DNA from: Lingula anatina
Taxonomy: Eukaryota > Animalia > Brachiopoda
Assembly: GCA_051362555.1 (NCBI GenBank)
Contig: CM120648.1
Location: 15,930,587 to 15,994,586, forward strand
Length of the DNA stretch: 64,000 nucleotides
Direction of reading: 5' to 3'
Position numbers and translations under genes: made by a program. This document shows positions 23,731-38,265 of the stretch, piece by piece (position 1 is the stretch's first letter; the number at the start of each line of letters is the position of its first letter). The notes under the pieces are model-generated. The model saw only the letters and a list, made by a program, of their open reading frames with translations. It ran no database searches and was not told the origin of the DNA.

Positions 23731-23762
<32 letters not shown>

Positions 23763-24127
23763 GTTTGTTTGTTTTATATATATATAATGTGCCAAGGAGT
23801 CACAAATTCCTTTATATGGGTCATGGTGATTCTTTTGTAGAAATAAATCAAGGGATGAAGGGATGTGTGAATGGAGTCAATTTTGATTCTTCTGTGGGGT
23901 CTGGGGTGCCGTTACTCCAATTGGAATTATTTTAGGCACCATTGCTGGACTCCAAGTTTGGGGTCACTTGGACTCCTATTTTATTCTCAGTGTGTACTCA
24001 GCAGTAGAAGTTGAGCCTAAAGCTGTACACTCCTTCGGCTTTATATAAATATAAAATATTCTGTATTGACGCATAGATAAAATAAGAAGTTATCAATACC
24101 CGTCTGACCTACCGCAATAAGTGATGA

Positions 24128-24172
<45 letters not shown>

Positions 24173-24559
24173 TTTCTTCCCACGGTACCTTTTAAACCGA
24201 AAATCTCACTTACAAACACCTTACAAACTCCGTGCAAGGAAAGCAACTTAACCTGGGGTCTCGCTGTTCGCAGATTATTCGTAGAGGTGTTTGGATATGT
24301 CCAATATCTACAGTGCGTGCTTACGGGCTGTCTACGAACTCGAAATTTCGCAAGAACTTGCTTGCTTGACAAATTTGTACACAAACCGTACGTTCGACCG
24401 GTTGTGACCGAGGCCTTAAAGAAATTCCTATTCTATAAACAGACGTCATATCTGTAATTTAATTTATATAAACAATCCTTAATTAAGTGTCTTAATTACT
24501 GTCTTAATTTCCAGGGTTTTCCTGTATTAATATCCAATAAATTCACCCCTTTCCATCGA

Positions 24560-24582
24560 ATGTGTTACAGTCACAGTGAGGC

Positions 24583-24613
<31 letters not shown>

Positions 24614-26120
24614 TTTTATCTCACCTAACGCATCCACTGCCGACAGACTTACGATCAATACTTTCACCAACCATCTAATTTCGGCGCAGTGATGGTTTTT
24701 ATTCTCTTAAATATCTCCCCCCTCCACCCCCTACCCCCCACCTCGACCCACCGACAAATCTATAATTTCACCAAATTTATAATTTCAGCGCAGTAATTGT
24801 TTATGACGAATAAAACATCGAAAAACATTATTTTAACCACTGATAAGATAACAACGGAATAATAAAGCGCTCAATATAAACTTGGCTCGCTATAAACGAC
24901 CAGATCACAACCAAATTTGCTTCATTTGCTCAGGTGTTAGTCATTCCTGCATGTTTAGGTCTAGGGAAATCCCCTTGGCATGGGTCCAAGATAAACGTAT
25001 TTGAATTTCGTCTCGAGATCGAACCTTGTCGCATGTAAAATATACGTTCTCACAACTGATCATTGATAAGTTAAAAACACATGGATAAAACATTTATTTT
25101 TGTTATATTAATTGGCGCTCGCTAACTATTATCTCATTCCTCATCACTGGTTGTTCAACCTAGTACGAGGTAACGGGGATACATTTGAATGTAAATTAAA
25201 AATAAAACATCACTTTTCTCAGAAAATGTATATGATGAATAAAACTCCGAAAGAAATTAATTTAGGCCTATATTATCTTAGATATCTAATCAAAATAAAA
25301 AAATGAAAAACAAAAATCACAGAGAAATTGAGAGAGTGTGTGTGTGTGGGGGGGGGGGGGGGGAGAGATCCCACTCTAAATGTTCACAGAGTTGAAAGAC
25401 AAACTCATGATCATTCACACGAATATTTCCCTATAGTGCATTTTCTCTCTTAATGTTATAGTCTATCAAGCGAGGCCATTCATTGAAGGAGCATATTTTA
25501 AATCTAGAGCACGGGCTTTAGTGAATCAACCTAGAATAATTTGTCATTTGATTAATATTTGTTTTTTCTAAATAGTTCCCCCTTTTCCCCACAAACACAT
25601 ATATAAAACGGTTTTGCTAATTGTTTGAATATAGTCGACAACATAGAGCGCTTTTCCAAGTGGGCGAAAGAGGTTCACAATTCGATTCAATTTCGAACTT
25701 AGGCACATGCTTCGCTGTTGAATATTGATAAAAGCGTTTATTAATGGGGAAATGTAATGTGAAAAAACTACAAGCATCCATACATTAATACTCCTGCTTT
25801 TATACTACCAAGCTTACCTTAGCAATAACATGTGCGAGTCAGATAAAAACCTTAATATATTTTTTAAAAATGAATATTCATTGATGTAGTCACCACAATA
25901 TCCCACATTTTCCAAACCCTGTCAACTTACCTTTTATCCCTACAACAGTAAAGTCTGTTCTGTGAAAGACGTAGCCGGTGACTATATGTATACTATTAGA
26001 TTAAATCTATTGTTCCTTTTACAGTGATGAATTAGATGAGGTGATCCTTTTCAAAAAAGATGTCCCCAGATGTGCGTAGGGCTATTATATACATGCATGC
26101 TGGTCTAGGGAAATCCCCTC
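24560..26120 (+). repeat. Older partial copy of the cassette's upstream flank (vs ~29341-30675 and 1-280); 23998-24185 also matches 2575-2742
   Basis: Shared blocks acagtcacagtgagg, atcattcacacgaatatttccctat, gtcaacttacctt..gtagccggtgactata. Confidence 0.7.
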
Positions 26121-26362
26121 GTACTACATCATTGGTCCAAAAGGTTGTCCCACCCCCAGTTTCACGTGCTTTTATTCATAAATAATCACATCACAAGAGT
26201 CAATTGCTATGAATGGTGATTTTCATTCCAGATTACATAACTAACATGATTAGTGGTACAGAAAATACAAACAAGCGGTTAAGATATCCATATGTGATAC
26301 CATTTATTCTCATTTATTACATGTACCCCTTCAAATCCGATGTTCAACTGTCATTTCCACGG

Positions 26363-26611
26363 TGGTAAAGAATTACCTTTAAACCACGGCTAGCGCGTAG
26401 AACAAAAGACTCGATCGTGCTGTATTCGACGTACAAGCACGTCATGTACGAATGCGTTCCACGGTCTGTTGCACTACTAGTGTCATAGCCAATCAGAGGC
26501 CGTGGTTTAAGCAAGATACAACACTCGTCGCCGAGCTGTACGTGCGGCTCGCCAATACACTCGTAATATTTCACGTACAGCTCTGCGACTCGTATTGTAT
26601 CTATCACATAA
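26363..26611. mobile_element. Non-autonomous structured element (Crypton-like)
   Basis: Two consecutive hairpins (aaaccacggc/gccgtggttt; gatacaa..gagctgtacgtg/cacgtacagctc..ttgtatc) ending in tatcacataa. Family assignment is tentative. Confidence 0.4.
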
Positions 26612-27580
26612 AATTAAAACGACACCACCAAATGTCACCATATTTACACACATTTAGCATTAGGATGTGCTCGTTAAAGGTCATGTGGTTATTATTTGTG
26701 GCTATATATTTGGCTCCATTGGTGTTATTACTAATCAACTCCTCCAACGAGCAGTTTTTGCCTTTGTTGATAAACAGTCGGCATGTGTGTAAAACAAACT
26801 GTGAAGTACAGCTGTATAAAACTAAAGCATACATGTAGGTCAGAGACGTACGGGCTAATATCGGTGGTGGACGGTGATTAACGAAGAGAACAAGGAAGAA
26901 TTGACAGAGGCCTGTAGTATTTTATAATAATAATAATAATTTTTATTATTATTATTATTATATGAAGCCAGAGTGAAGCCACAATAACGTCTTTCATTCC
27001 ATATGGCATTACTGGTAACTTGATGAGGGATACAACCTTATTAAACTGTGTAACAGAAAGCAGTTGTATTTAATTCAGTGTGCAGTATAAAAACCCACAT
27101 CTCTTTGTGCGTATACTGCATGAGGGAAGAATTAGGTCAGGGGCTCATTTCCACGTGTAGCCTATGCTATCAGTATATTGGTATTTGTTTGACAAATGAC
27201 TTTAGTAGCCAAGATACTACACCAGTCATTAGATAGAAATAATTAGATTTCTTTGACAAAACTTAATAAGTTTATTACATGTTATAGCAGCCACATCAAG
27301 TAAAATATTGTAATTAAGTGTTTTACTTCGGCATAGATATACCTTATATTTCGGACTTATATGTTTTAGTAAACTTTCGTTGATTTGTTTTTGTAAAAAA
27401 AAAAAGGGGGGGGGCAAGATTTGGGGAAAATGGACGAATTTTGAAGCTAACTCGATCTCTCTCTTTCTCAGGCCGTGACCTTTCTCGAACTAATGCTACT
27501 CTGACCTAATCTATAATGTTACAGAGTTAATGTTTACGAGAAGAAAAAGACGGGAGTTTTTTTGTTTTTGGTTTTGACAG

Positions 27581-28322
27581 TATGTTGACGTACATACAGT
27601 ATTTATACAGCGGTAAAATTACGCATATAAAATCTAAACGGTGATGATCAACAAATACACGTCTGCATGCTGGCGCAGGTAAGTGAACAACGTTCATTTT
27701 CAATTTACTATATCACCATCATGGTAATAACCTATACTGCAGTTGTGATTGCAACTAGAGATGTCGCATGCATGTAAACAGACATATGTGCGCCATTGAC
27801 ACAATTTTGTCAGGATGTTGATATTTATAACCCCGATTGCGAGAGTTTACACGTGCAGGGAAAGACCTAAACTGAATGTACTGCTGTGTACAGCACCTCC
27901 ATCCCTTGCACAGTCTTTTCTAAATGTTTTCGTGATTCAATCATTAACGCATACATTCGGTAGAGTAAAGAGAATAGCTCGACAATCACTAAGAGAGGAT
28001 ATACATACGGGAATTTTTGGCTACACAGTGAATTGAGAACTATATACACTGTAAAAGGCTCCTTGTTTACAAAAAGTACAGGAATGCCCGCATACTGGAT
28101 GACGAATGCTGATGCTATTTATAGAATTAGGGATTTCACAAAAATCCCCTTTTCGATTGTACGTGTCCATTTTATTGAACGAGCTCAAACCGGTTTCGTA
28201 GATGTCACAATGGCTGTAAATTTATAATATGCAGACAGTGGGAAGCCCTGCGACTCATATAATAAGTTTACGTATTATAGGGCCCACTCTAGATCTATTG
28301 TCTTATGCAGACTATTTTACAG
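27581..28322 (+). pseudogene. Possible decayed exons of an unidentified gene
   Basis: Acceptor ttttgacag and donor CAG|GTAAGT at ~27678, then a coding-like block with frameshifts and stops; no family recognised. Confidence 0.25.
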
Positions 28323-28615
28323 GTAGTGTAAGTATATGTATTATTTACAGCCATGTGCATGTGTTATACAAGATTTGCCCCACTGTAAAATTACTGAACT
28401 ATTACCCAATATACGATTGAAACTATTTTTTTGATGTTTTGGAATTATGAGAAGAGAACATCCATGTATCACCATCATCATCTCAGCCTGTACATGTACC
28501 GGGTAATACCATCTGGCTACAGTTCAACGAAGTTTTTAGGCCAACGCTTTTCCATTTTCTTGAAAAAGTTAATTTTGGGACATTATTAGGCCATCATTAG
28601 GGGGGGGGGGGCAAA

Positions 28616-28654
<39 letters not shown>

Positions 28655-31600
28655 TGAATCGGCTCCTCGTGTTATATGTGGGTAGAGGAGAGTCACCGCT
28701 AGTACTGGCACGTGACACATAGCGTGTAATCCATGTGCGCAGTTACGGGCGGGTGGCCTCCACTTATTTCTTCACACTATAATTGTTGCCATGGTGTGGT
28801 GTTGAACTGTAACACAACACTCTGGTTCAGTCCAGGTTGTGAGGGCCTGATGACCGTTTGCTCCAACATCAGGACCATGCGTCAGGTTGCACTCTCTATT
28901 CTTGGGTGATGTCGACCTGTATGGCCTATGCTAAATTAATTACCATAAACCCCACATCCATGGTCGGCTAAACCCTCATACTTCATATACAGTTTTCCTT
29001 TAACTCTTTTTTAACAACCCAGTTGTGATCAGTCCAAGTTGCATTTGTCATCTTTTTTTTTTCTGAATGCCCCCCCCCCCCCCCAGGGCCTTAAAAGGAG
29101 AACACTTTTTTGCCTACCGATACAGTCTTGGCATGAGTCCAACATACAATAAACGTACTGCGTTAATATCGAGGTCAATCCTATTAAATATACGACACAG
29201 AACTAATCGACTATCAGAGAAAATGATTATTATGTTCAATCTATTGTGCTAGATAAATTTGGAAAGTCGGTCAGTCGTTATTTTAAACGGTCAACGTACC
29301 AAGAAAGTAATAATTAAAGTAGTTATAACAGTCATATTTTAACAGTCACAGTGAGGTATAATAATAATGATAATAATAATATATGTAACTATTGTCAATG
29401 CGCCAGAAAATAGGAATTGCTCCCATTACAACATTTTATCTCACCCAACGCATCCCCTGTCAGCAGACTAAATATCAATACTTTCACCAACCCTCTGATT
29501 TCAGCGCAGTAATGGTTTTATATTATCTTAGATATCTTACCCCCCCCAAAAAAAAAAAAAATAAATTAATAAATAAAAATAAGTAAAGCGAAAAACAAAG
29601 AGAAAAAAGAAACCCACTTTACATTTTACATGTTCACTGAGTTTAGAAAAAAATTAAGATCATTCACACGGATATTTCCCTATGGTGGATGGCCTCTCTT
29701 TAATGGTACAGTATATCAGGTGATGTCACTCATTGATGGAGCAAACTTTAAATCAAGGGCGTGGGATTTAGTGAATCAACCTAAAATAGTTTGTCATTTG
29801 ATTAAACCGTCGATATCAAATGCGATGTATTCTGCCACTTACCATAAACCCCACATCCAAGGACAGCTAAGCCCTATTACCGGTACTTCACATACAACTT
29901 TTTTAAAAATTGTTTTTATTTTGAACAACCAAGTTATGATCAGCGCAGGTATCAGGGCAGATATCTTTTTTTTTTCTGAATGGCTCCCCCTCCCCCCCCC
30001 CCCCCCCCTCCCCATACACACACGCACGCATACATAAATCGGCGATATTAATGTTCGATGATTGAAGATAGTATACAGCAAAGTATGTTTTTACAAGTGG
30101 GTTAAAGAGGTTCAAATTTCGACCCAGCTCTTAACATAAGCACTTGTCTGGCTGTTGAATATTGATAATGACCGCATGTTGATGGGAAAATGTAATGTGA
30201 AAAAAAAATGCAAGCGTCCATCCTTAAACACTCCTGTGACACTTCAAAATAAGTTTTGGTGAACTTTTTATTTAGAATTATTTACATTTTATGGCTGGTT
30301 AACAGGGAACATAACGGTATAAATAATTTGTATGAAGCAGTTTTATGCTATCAAGCTTTCCGTACCAGTAGCATGTGCGGTTATATAAGCTTAGAGTCAG
30401 CTAAAAACGTTACTTTATAAAAAAAAATCGAATATTCAGTGATAATAGTTCACCACAATATCCCATATTTTCTAGCCCCTGTCAACTTACCTTCTATCCG
30501 TATAGCAGTGTAGACGTTTGTTCCGACACGTAGCCGGTGACTATACAGTGTATGTATAATCTATTGTGCTTGCTACAGTGATGCATTAGATAAGGTGATC
30601 TTTTTTTAAAAAGAACTTGTCCCTACAGTATGTGCGCGGGGTTACATATAAATGGTGGGCTAGGGGAATCCCCTCATTTCAAATAGTGGCTATAATTGCA
30701 TGTACATTCTTGAATACTGTAAGGTCGTACAGTACGTACGTATCTAGGGGGTCAATGATGACGCATGTTTTTTTTTTTTTTTTTTTTTTAACTCTTAAAT
30801 CTTTCACAAGAGGAACTTATCTGCCGTACCGGATTAAGTGTAAGTTGACAAAATTTATGAATACATAAAATATTGTTGTATCAATTGATATTTTAAATTT
30901 GTTAGGATTCACCATGTGTCAGTGTTGATATTTAAGATTCATATAAAGTAAGAACTAATATAAAAAATTTAACAGTAAACTCAAAATAGTATCTCAAATA
31001 GTATAACTTAGATAAATACCTCAGATATTACATCATTTCCCGAGAATCCAAATAAACTAGTTGTCAGCTTGCTGTGATTTCTGAACTTGCGGGGGAATAA
31101 GTACTAACTTCACAAAGGCGAAGGAACCGAGGCTATTAGGTGGGGTGGGGGTAGGGTTAGGAGAGGCTTACAGTGTAGCCTAATCCAGTGGCGATTTTAG
31201 AGGGGGTCGGGGGGGGGGGGTTCCTGACCCCTCACCTTCGATTTCTGGTCTCCTCTTAAAATTATAATTTTGCCTAGCTGAATCATGGCCCCTGGCCTAA
31301 CCTGATACAACGTGTTATCTTAAATGTATTGCTATGTGCTAAATCAAGCATTTATAGTGTAATGTAACTGGGTTATGTCTGTTATCACTATGATTTTACC
31401 CACAATTATAATGATGTGTGCGTTCGTTGTGTGTGTGTGTGGGGGGGGGGGGGGAGAGCGAGAAAGAGAAGAAGCATGTTGTTTTTTAAAGCATATTAAA
31501 ATATGCTCGAGACTAGACAGAAATTTTACAGTACCGATGTCCATGTATGTTATTATTTGTTGAGGTAGCTTATCATCGGCTAAAGTCCCTAGCAACTAAG

Positions 31601-32084
31601 TAACAGCGTCATCGATATTTAGGTTACATGCTTGCTCAGCAGTATAAGTTGAGTCAAAGGCTGCATGTACACACCTTCGACTATTAAGACAACATTCTTA
31701 ATGTGCTGACGCATAGATAAAATAGGAAGCTATTATTACCGATCTGATCCTACATTGTTGTCCTGCGTGATTCAATAAAAAAAATGATAAATTAAAAAAA
31801 AATAATAATAATAAAATGTTCACACGGTGCGGATTGAGAAAAGTAAGCCACATACACGTCATAGGCAAATATAAATATAATAAACATTAGAATAAATTGC
31901 AGTAAAATAATTCCATGGAAAAAAATATAAGTCGTCAGTCGTTCACATTCTCCAGTATTTTTTTTTTTCTAGCAAAAGTATCATTTTTCGTTGGCTCTGT
32001 CAATGGATTTTACTCAACTTACAGATCCTAGGGCAATAAAGGTAATAATGGTTTGAATTTCATATGGATCACTCACTTGTGACT

Positions 32085-32134
<50 letters not shown>

Positions 32135-32180
32135 CCGCCATTCATGATCGACTGACCTATTTGGCCTCTAATGTCTTTAA

Positions 32181-32517
32181 AGCAATAATAACTCTTTGTT
32201 TCGGCCAAAAAATTAATTTTCCTGGAGTAAACAACAATTTTCCCATACTTACCAATGGTTAATGAATCCATTTTTACATTCAAAGTTAGTCCCTGGTTTT
32301 TTTCTAAAAAGTTTGGTTTTTTGTTAAAATCTCTTAAGAGATTTTAACAGAGTATAGACATCAATGGAGGTCACGTGGTCTCAAGACAAGTTCAGATATC
32401 AGAATAAAAGCTATAACTGCTGTTTTTGTGGTAAAACAGAATATATTTTATTTCTATGAGTTATTCACAAGGATTTTATTGTGAAATATAGATCTCATAC
32501 GAAGAGTTATTATCCCT
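32181..32517. mobile_element. Kolobok-type MITE (TTAA TSD)
   Basis: TTAA|AGCAATAATAACTCTT ... AAGAGTTATTATCCCT|TTAA. Empty site ctaatgttttttaagatact at ~3062-3081. Confidence 0.85.
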
Positions 32518-33762
32518 TTAAAGATACTGAGACATTTAAAATGTTTTATTCATTACAGATACAACTGCTGACTGTAACGGTGTAAATTTGTGATTAAATA
32601 ATTGACCAGAAGGTTGTTGAAATTATTTATTATAAAAGTTCTTTTGCCGGTAATGTGTTAGGTGAGATTGCATGTTGTGACTGAAGCAATTAAGGATACT
32701 GTAGTGTGTGCCAGAAACTCCTCATTTCCTGACTTACATACAATCTGTTGAATAACAGGTATATCTTTAGAGTTCATTGACTAAATTAATTAACATTTAC
32801 AAACACGTCATCTTACGAGTGACGTCATAATCGGAATTTGAGTGTAAAAAACGATTTCTTAAATGTCTCCTTTACTTGAGCACCCACGAACATCATTTTA
32901 CCGCCAATGAAATGGCACAACTAAGTACTAGAAAATCCAGCCAGGGATTTTTCCCAAATGCCTTTGTTCGGATTTTATCGTTGATAAAGAACGCATTTGG
33001 TTAATGAAAATATGTTGTTTGGGACTAATAGCCCCATAACAAAACGTGTATAAAAATGACGGCATGGGTTTGAAGCTCATACACTGTTTATCAAATATGC
33101 CAATATTTGTGATAAAATCTTGCTCAGTGTTGAAGTTACGACTCATACCGATCCCTATCTCACCCAAAAGTATTAGGGCGTTAATGTGACGATAAAAGGT
33201 TTGAGTTCCTTTTACTCAAGATAGAAATGAGAAATATAAACGCCAATATTTAATGTTTTCGAGGAGATTTTTATTGTTTTAAATCACCATTAAGGTAGTT
33301 GAATTATTAAATAATTAGATGCAGGAAAGACCTCATTTTCGGCATCTGGATGCTAAGAAACCCTTACAGTATCCTTTATAATAACGTTTATTTGCAATAA
33401 AAGGTAATTGGTTTGTACAATTATGTGAAATATAGTGCGGGATAGTGCGATATACAGCTAGACGCATGGTGAATACATACTGGGGCAATCTCTTCTCCCT
33501 GAGGAATATTATTATTATTTCTTATAGTTTTTATTATTCTTCTTTCGACAAGGAGGTTATGATTTTGGTTCTGACAGTTTGTTTGTTTGTCTTCCCAGAG
33601 TTATGCGCAAAGTCATAGAAGGGTTCTTATAATTTTTTCAGTATAGACCACAAATTGGCCAAGGAAGAAATTATTAAATTTTGGGGGTGATACGGGTTAT
33701 CCTAGAAATGCGCCCTTCGTTGAAGCTATACAAGAAGTAGCAATTACCTCTTAATTAAACTA

Positions 33763-35028
33763 CACACACTGGACAATAGAAGTGTCACCCCCTAAATCAG
33801 AGTAATCAAAGTAGGCAGATCTTGAGTAGTTATAATGCCTGGTCTACTTATAATTTGACTAATGAGTATAAAACCGCTGTACCATGGAATTGTATTGTTG
33901 GTCTTGTACATGTACAGCAAATGTTATTCCCGTCTTCCTCCAATATGGCAAGATACAGGCAATTATCTAACGATTATAGATGTCAAGTTATTAACCTGAA
34001 GAGGCGGACTATAAGCAATGTCAAAATATCAATACAGTTGAATTATTCAGTCAGAACCGTGCAGAGGGCCAGGTCTCGGTATAGAAACACTGGATCAAGA
34101 GACAAATTGCCTCTGGTGGGTGGTTAGGAAAAACTACCGACCGTGAAGACCGACGACTGATTTTGATGTCCAGGTTGTCAAGGTTCGACATTGCTTGTCA
34201 GTTGACAACACTCTGGAACAATTTCACACATAAGAATCTGTCTGTGAAAACTGCTAGGCACCGGTTACATGCTCAGAGAGTGTAGAGCAGGGTAGCGAGA
34301 CAGAAACCTCTTATATCGTTACAAAACAGGCAACGTAGAGTGAACTAAGGCCAACAGGATTTGGAACTGGACAGTCCATGACAATTGGTCATATATAGTT
34401 TTTTGTGAGTGTCGCTTTAGTCTGATCTCTGATGACAGACGTGTCCGATGCTGGCGAACTGCTGGTATAGCATTTGAACCACATGTACTGAATTTTCGAA
34501 CCCGGAGCAGCATATTCATCATGGTGTGTTGCTGCATCAGCATCCATGGCGTGGGTGAATTGGTAATAGTTCATGGAAACATGAATCAAAAGAAATATAT
34601 TGATGTTTTGGAGTCAGGCTTGCTACCATCTATTACTAACATGTTTAGTGAGAGGAATTATCCATTTATTCACCAGGATGACAATGCTCCTTGTCAAAGA
34701 CCCAGAGCAGTTGATGATTGGTTTGACCGACAGGGCATTCGCAGAATGATGTGGCCTGCCCAGAGTCCGGATGCAAACATAATAGAAAATGTGTGGAATG
34801 ATATATCAAAACTTTTGACAAATGCCCGTCCAACCAGCAGACATACTCTGTTAGATTCAGTGTTTCATGCTTGGGCCAGCATAAGCCCTCAATGCATCAG
34901 ACAATTATATGAACCCTTGCCTCGCAGACTGGCAGCTATTATTAGGTCACGTGGCTATGCCACTAAGTACTAATTTTGGACTTGAAACTGCATATCTTGG
35001 TAGAATGTATATTTTGTTCTCATTTTGT

Positions 35029-35065
<37 letters not shown>

Positions 35066-35175
35066 TGAAATTTGACGTTAATAAAATGTTACCAGGAGCA
35101 TATCATTCCACAGTCATTTATCTCCCCCAGAAGTATTGGTTCAGTAGGGGTGACACTTGTATTGTCCAGTGTGTG
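33763..35175 (+). mobile_element. Full-length but inactivated Tc1 (DD34E) transposon
   Basis: TA|CACACACTGGACAATAGAAGTGTCACCCC ... GGGGTGACACTTGTATTGTCCAGTGTGTG|TA. Empty site taaacTAtttcaa at ~4561 and ~11801. Confidence 0.95.
33944..34973 (+). pseudogene. Tc1 transposase with frameshifts and stops
   Basis: MARYRQLS.. HTH start. C-terminal ORF 34521-34973 has QDDNAP..WPAQSPDANIIENVW with 34 residues between D and E. Confidence 0.9.
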
Positions 35176-35374
35176 TATTTCAATTGTACACGTCGCAGAG
35201 GCCTGCTCTCTTTGTTTATTCTTCAAATAATAATAATAATAATAATAATAATTTATAGTAGTAGTAGTAGTAGTAGTAGTAGAAGCAGTAGTAGTAGTAG
35301 TAGTAGCAGTAGTTGTTGTTATTGTTGTTGCCTATTCCGTCTTATCAATTAATATCAAATGTCTTTTCAGAATC

Positions 35375-35465
35375 ATGTGTCTTATTTTTACCCTGCCACT
35401 GTGCTTCCGAATCGTGCTCATGACGTCAATAATATTGTCTCTGATGTCACCAGTCAACGTTAAGG
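35375..35465 (+). CDS. Putative first coding exon of IAP copy B (MCLIFTLPLCFRIVLMTSIILSLMSPVNVK)
   Basis: Acceptor tttcag|35371, ATG 35375, phase-1 donor at 35466; in frame with acceptor attag|35820 and ATG 35837. Confidence 0.6.
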
Positions 35466-35836
35466 GTCAGTGTGAGGTCACTTGCTAATAAACTGTATAA
35501 ATAACCAGTTTAAATCGTTGCATGTCCTCACGTACATGAATTAACAAATAATTATGCTTAAAGCTATAGATATTAAGAAGTGCTCTTCATTTAAGAATAT
35601 GACATATTCTGTGTTTATATCATGAAAGTTTTAAAGTGTCTGTTTGCTCAGAGTTTACTTTTCAACCTTAATGTCGCTGTAACTTTGAACTAACTAACTT
35701 TGAATGTAAAAAATTGATCCATTTACCATTGGTTAGTATGGGGAAATCGTTGTGTATTCAGGATAATCCCTTTTAATACATCTGTCTTAAACATTTTTAA
35801 TGTTCATCTTATATATTAGGTAATATACAAGAGACA

Positions 35837-38143
35837 ATGCCCTCCAGGAAATTGAAAACTGGAACCGAAGAGAGAACCTGTCTTTGTTGCCCATTTATAA
35901 TATGGGTTGAAATTCCCGGCTACTTCCCGACTTCAACACGCACCAACTTGCTAAACATCGCTCAGCGCACTCACGGAAAAGAAATTGAATTGGAGAACAA
36001 AGGGTATTCAGACGGCCGCGGGTTCCTAAGAACAAGAGAACACACTCTGGAGTTGGCGATAAGACTAATGTTGTCTTTAACATGTTTCAGAAGTTTGAAC
36101 ATGCTGGTAGTAACACTCATAATATGTAAAGCAACCCACGCGTCCTGTCTGTACAAAAGGTGGATGAGCATACAGAAAGTTACCAGATTATTTTTCAAAA
36201 ACCTGCCAATCAGCGGTGGGCACGAAACACCAGAATACCGATTTACATCAAAGGAAACTGAACAAATTCCTGTAACTCCCACGAAGCCGAAACTCTTACC
36301 GAGACATTTCTTTGAACTACGAGAGAGATTCACATTCTTCTCGATTAAACAAGTGCTGCCAGGATACGAGCTAGGTCGTCATCATACCGCCAAGGGCGAA
36401 TCATCCGATGGTCAGAAAGGGGAATACCGTTTCGAAGCCAATCGCATCAACAGCTTTAGGAATTGGCCTCCAGCATCTCCAGCCTCGTCGCTCAAACTTG
36501 CGCGAGCTGGTTTATATTATACTGGAAAGGGTGATGAAGTAGTCTGCTTCAGTTGCGGAGGACATTTAAAACAGTGGCAAAAAGGCAACGATCCACAGGA
36601 CAAACATCGCCGAAGCTTCCCAAGTTGCCGTCAAGCCAATGGCGATGATCCCAGGAATGTGCCGCTGTATGAAAGGAGCTTCGACGAAACTTTGGCAGAC
36701 GGTATGACGGATCCATTTCCAAATCTCGCACGGGAGCAGAGGTCACGCGAGAGTACCGGCAGCAGCTCATCCTCGTATTACGGAAGGTTGGCATCTGCTT
36801 TGGAAGCCTCTGAGAGTGATTCGCAAGTACGTACCAAGTATGATTAAGTAAAATCTCCGACTGATAAAATAATAGCTAAAAGTATTGCCGTAAAATAAAA
36901 AAAATTGCACGAAATGAAAAGATGGTTTGGTTAGATATGTGCAAAGAGTTTTGGTGAAAACATTTTAAGATTTTAGATTATTTGATATAATATGATTCAT
37001 TGAAATTAAAGACAAGTTTTCACCATTTCATAATAAACCATATAGAGTCCGTCCAGTAACTTACCTTTATTTTATTTTTTTCTTTTAAATATTATTCAAC
37101 TTCGTTATCTGCCTTAGAGTCCTACAGGCCGTGCTGCCAGACCATATGACGTGGAGCCAAGGGAAATAAAAGCCAGAATGGACACGGAATTGGTACAGCT
37201 GGTTCTGGGACTTGGTTTCGAACGTCTGAGCGTTCAAAATGCCGTCGAACAGCGGTTAAGGACCACAGGCGACGATTTCCACAGCGCAGAGAGTTTGGTC
37301 GAGGCTGTTCTTAATATCACAGAAAGCAGACGACAGAGGATGTCCCAACCGGAAGTGCCTGTTACGCCACCCCCACGTGATTTGCCACGTCAGCAGTCAC
37401 AGATGCCACACGCAAGTCCTGAAGTCAAAGCCAGCGACCGTACTGGTATGGACAAGTTCAATTATTTTATCGTTTGCTGGTGTCTTTCAGAATAGTATTA
37501 TTTCAGCACAGTACCTTATTCATTGTTTTAGTGTCAAGTTTGTAATTTTGAAATTGTTGAGCATACATTCGCGATCGTTTGATGCGAAGTAGACATTGGC
37601 ATTATTTTCACCAATACATGTATTTATCCTGTTTGAATAATTCAGGTGAACCTAGTGGGAAAAAGGCTATGTCTCCCTCATCGGTTCCTCTTGATCCAGA
37701 TGAAGGTCAGTTAACATTTCACATTGTTTTTATTTATTTATTTATTTTGTTTGATTGCTTGTTAATTATGGTCGGCATTTTTTAATGTGACTGCTGATCT
37801 CGTCATTGGTAAGGTCATTTTCACAAAGCCTTTTACGAAAGCTCTGCGCTTGTAATTAATTTTTCTATTCGAAATGTATACAAGAAAAGGGAAAATTCAC
37901 TGAATTAATTGACTAGCTCACCAATTAATATCGCTTCCTTTTTTGATAGCTTCTAAAATTTTGAAAGAAGAAAACCTTCGCCTGAAAGAGCAGAGAAGGT
38001 GTAAGATCTGCATGGACGAGGAGGCTAATATTGTATTTCTGCCGTGCGGCCATCTTGTCTCCTGTGCCCAATGCGCCCCTGCTCTGCGGACATGCCCCAT
38101 CTGCAGGTCCTGCATCCGGGGAACCGTGAGAACCTACAACTAG
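35837..38143 (+). CDS. IAP: Inhibitor of apoptosis (BIRC family) copy B; exons (35820)35837-36826, 37118-37445, 37646-37705, 37950-38143
   Basis: Same BIR/UBA-like/RING motifs, exon sizes and phases as copy A; frame intact. Confidence 0.93.
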
Positions 38144-38265
38144 TGCAACGTCATTAAGAGAACTTGGTTAACGATCACCATGTTGCATGTCCAAAAGCTT
38201 CCTCGGGATGAGTTTTAAACAGACTATCTTGTACATTCGATTTTGTCATTTTTGTCTCGGTCACT

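Noticed and set aside
26123-27052. Complete Tc1-like element starting TACATCATTGGTCCAAAAGG
   Set aside because: The left end looks TIR-like but no convincing right TIR was found.
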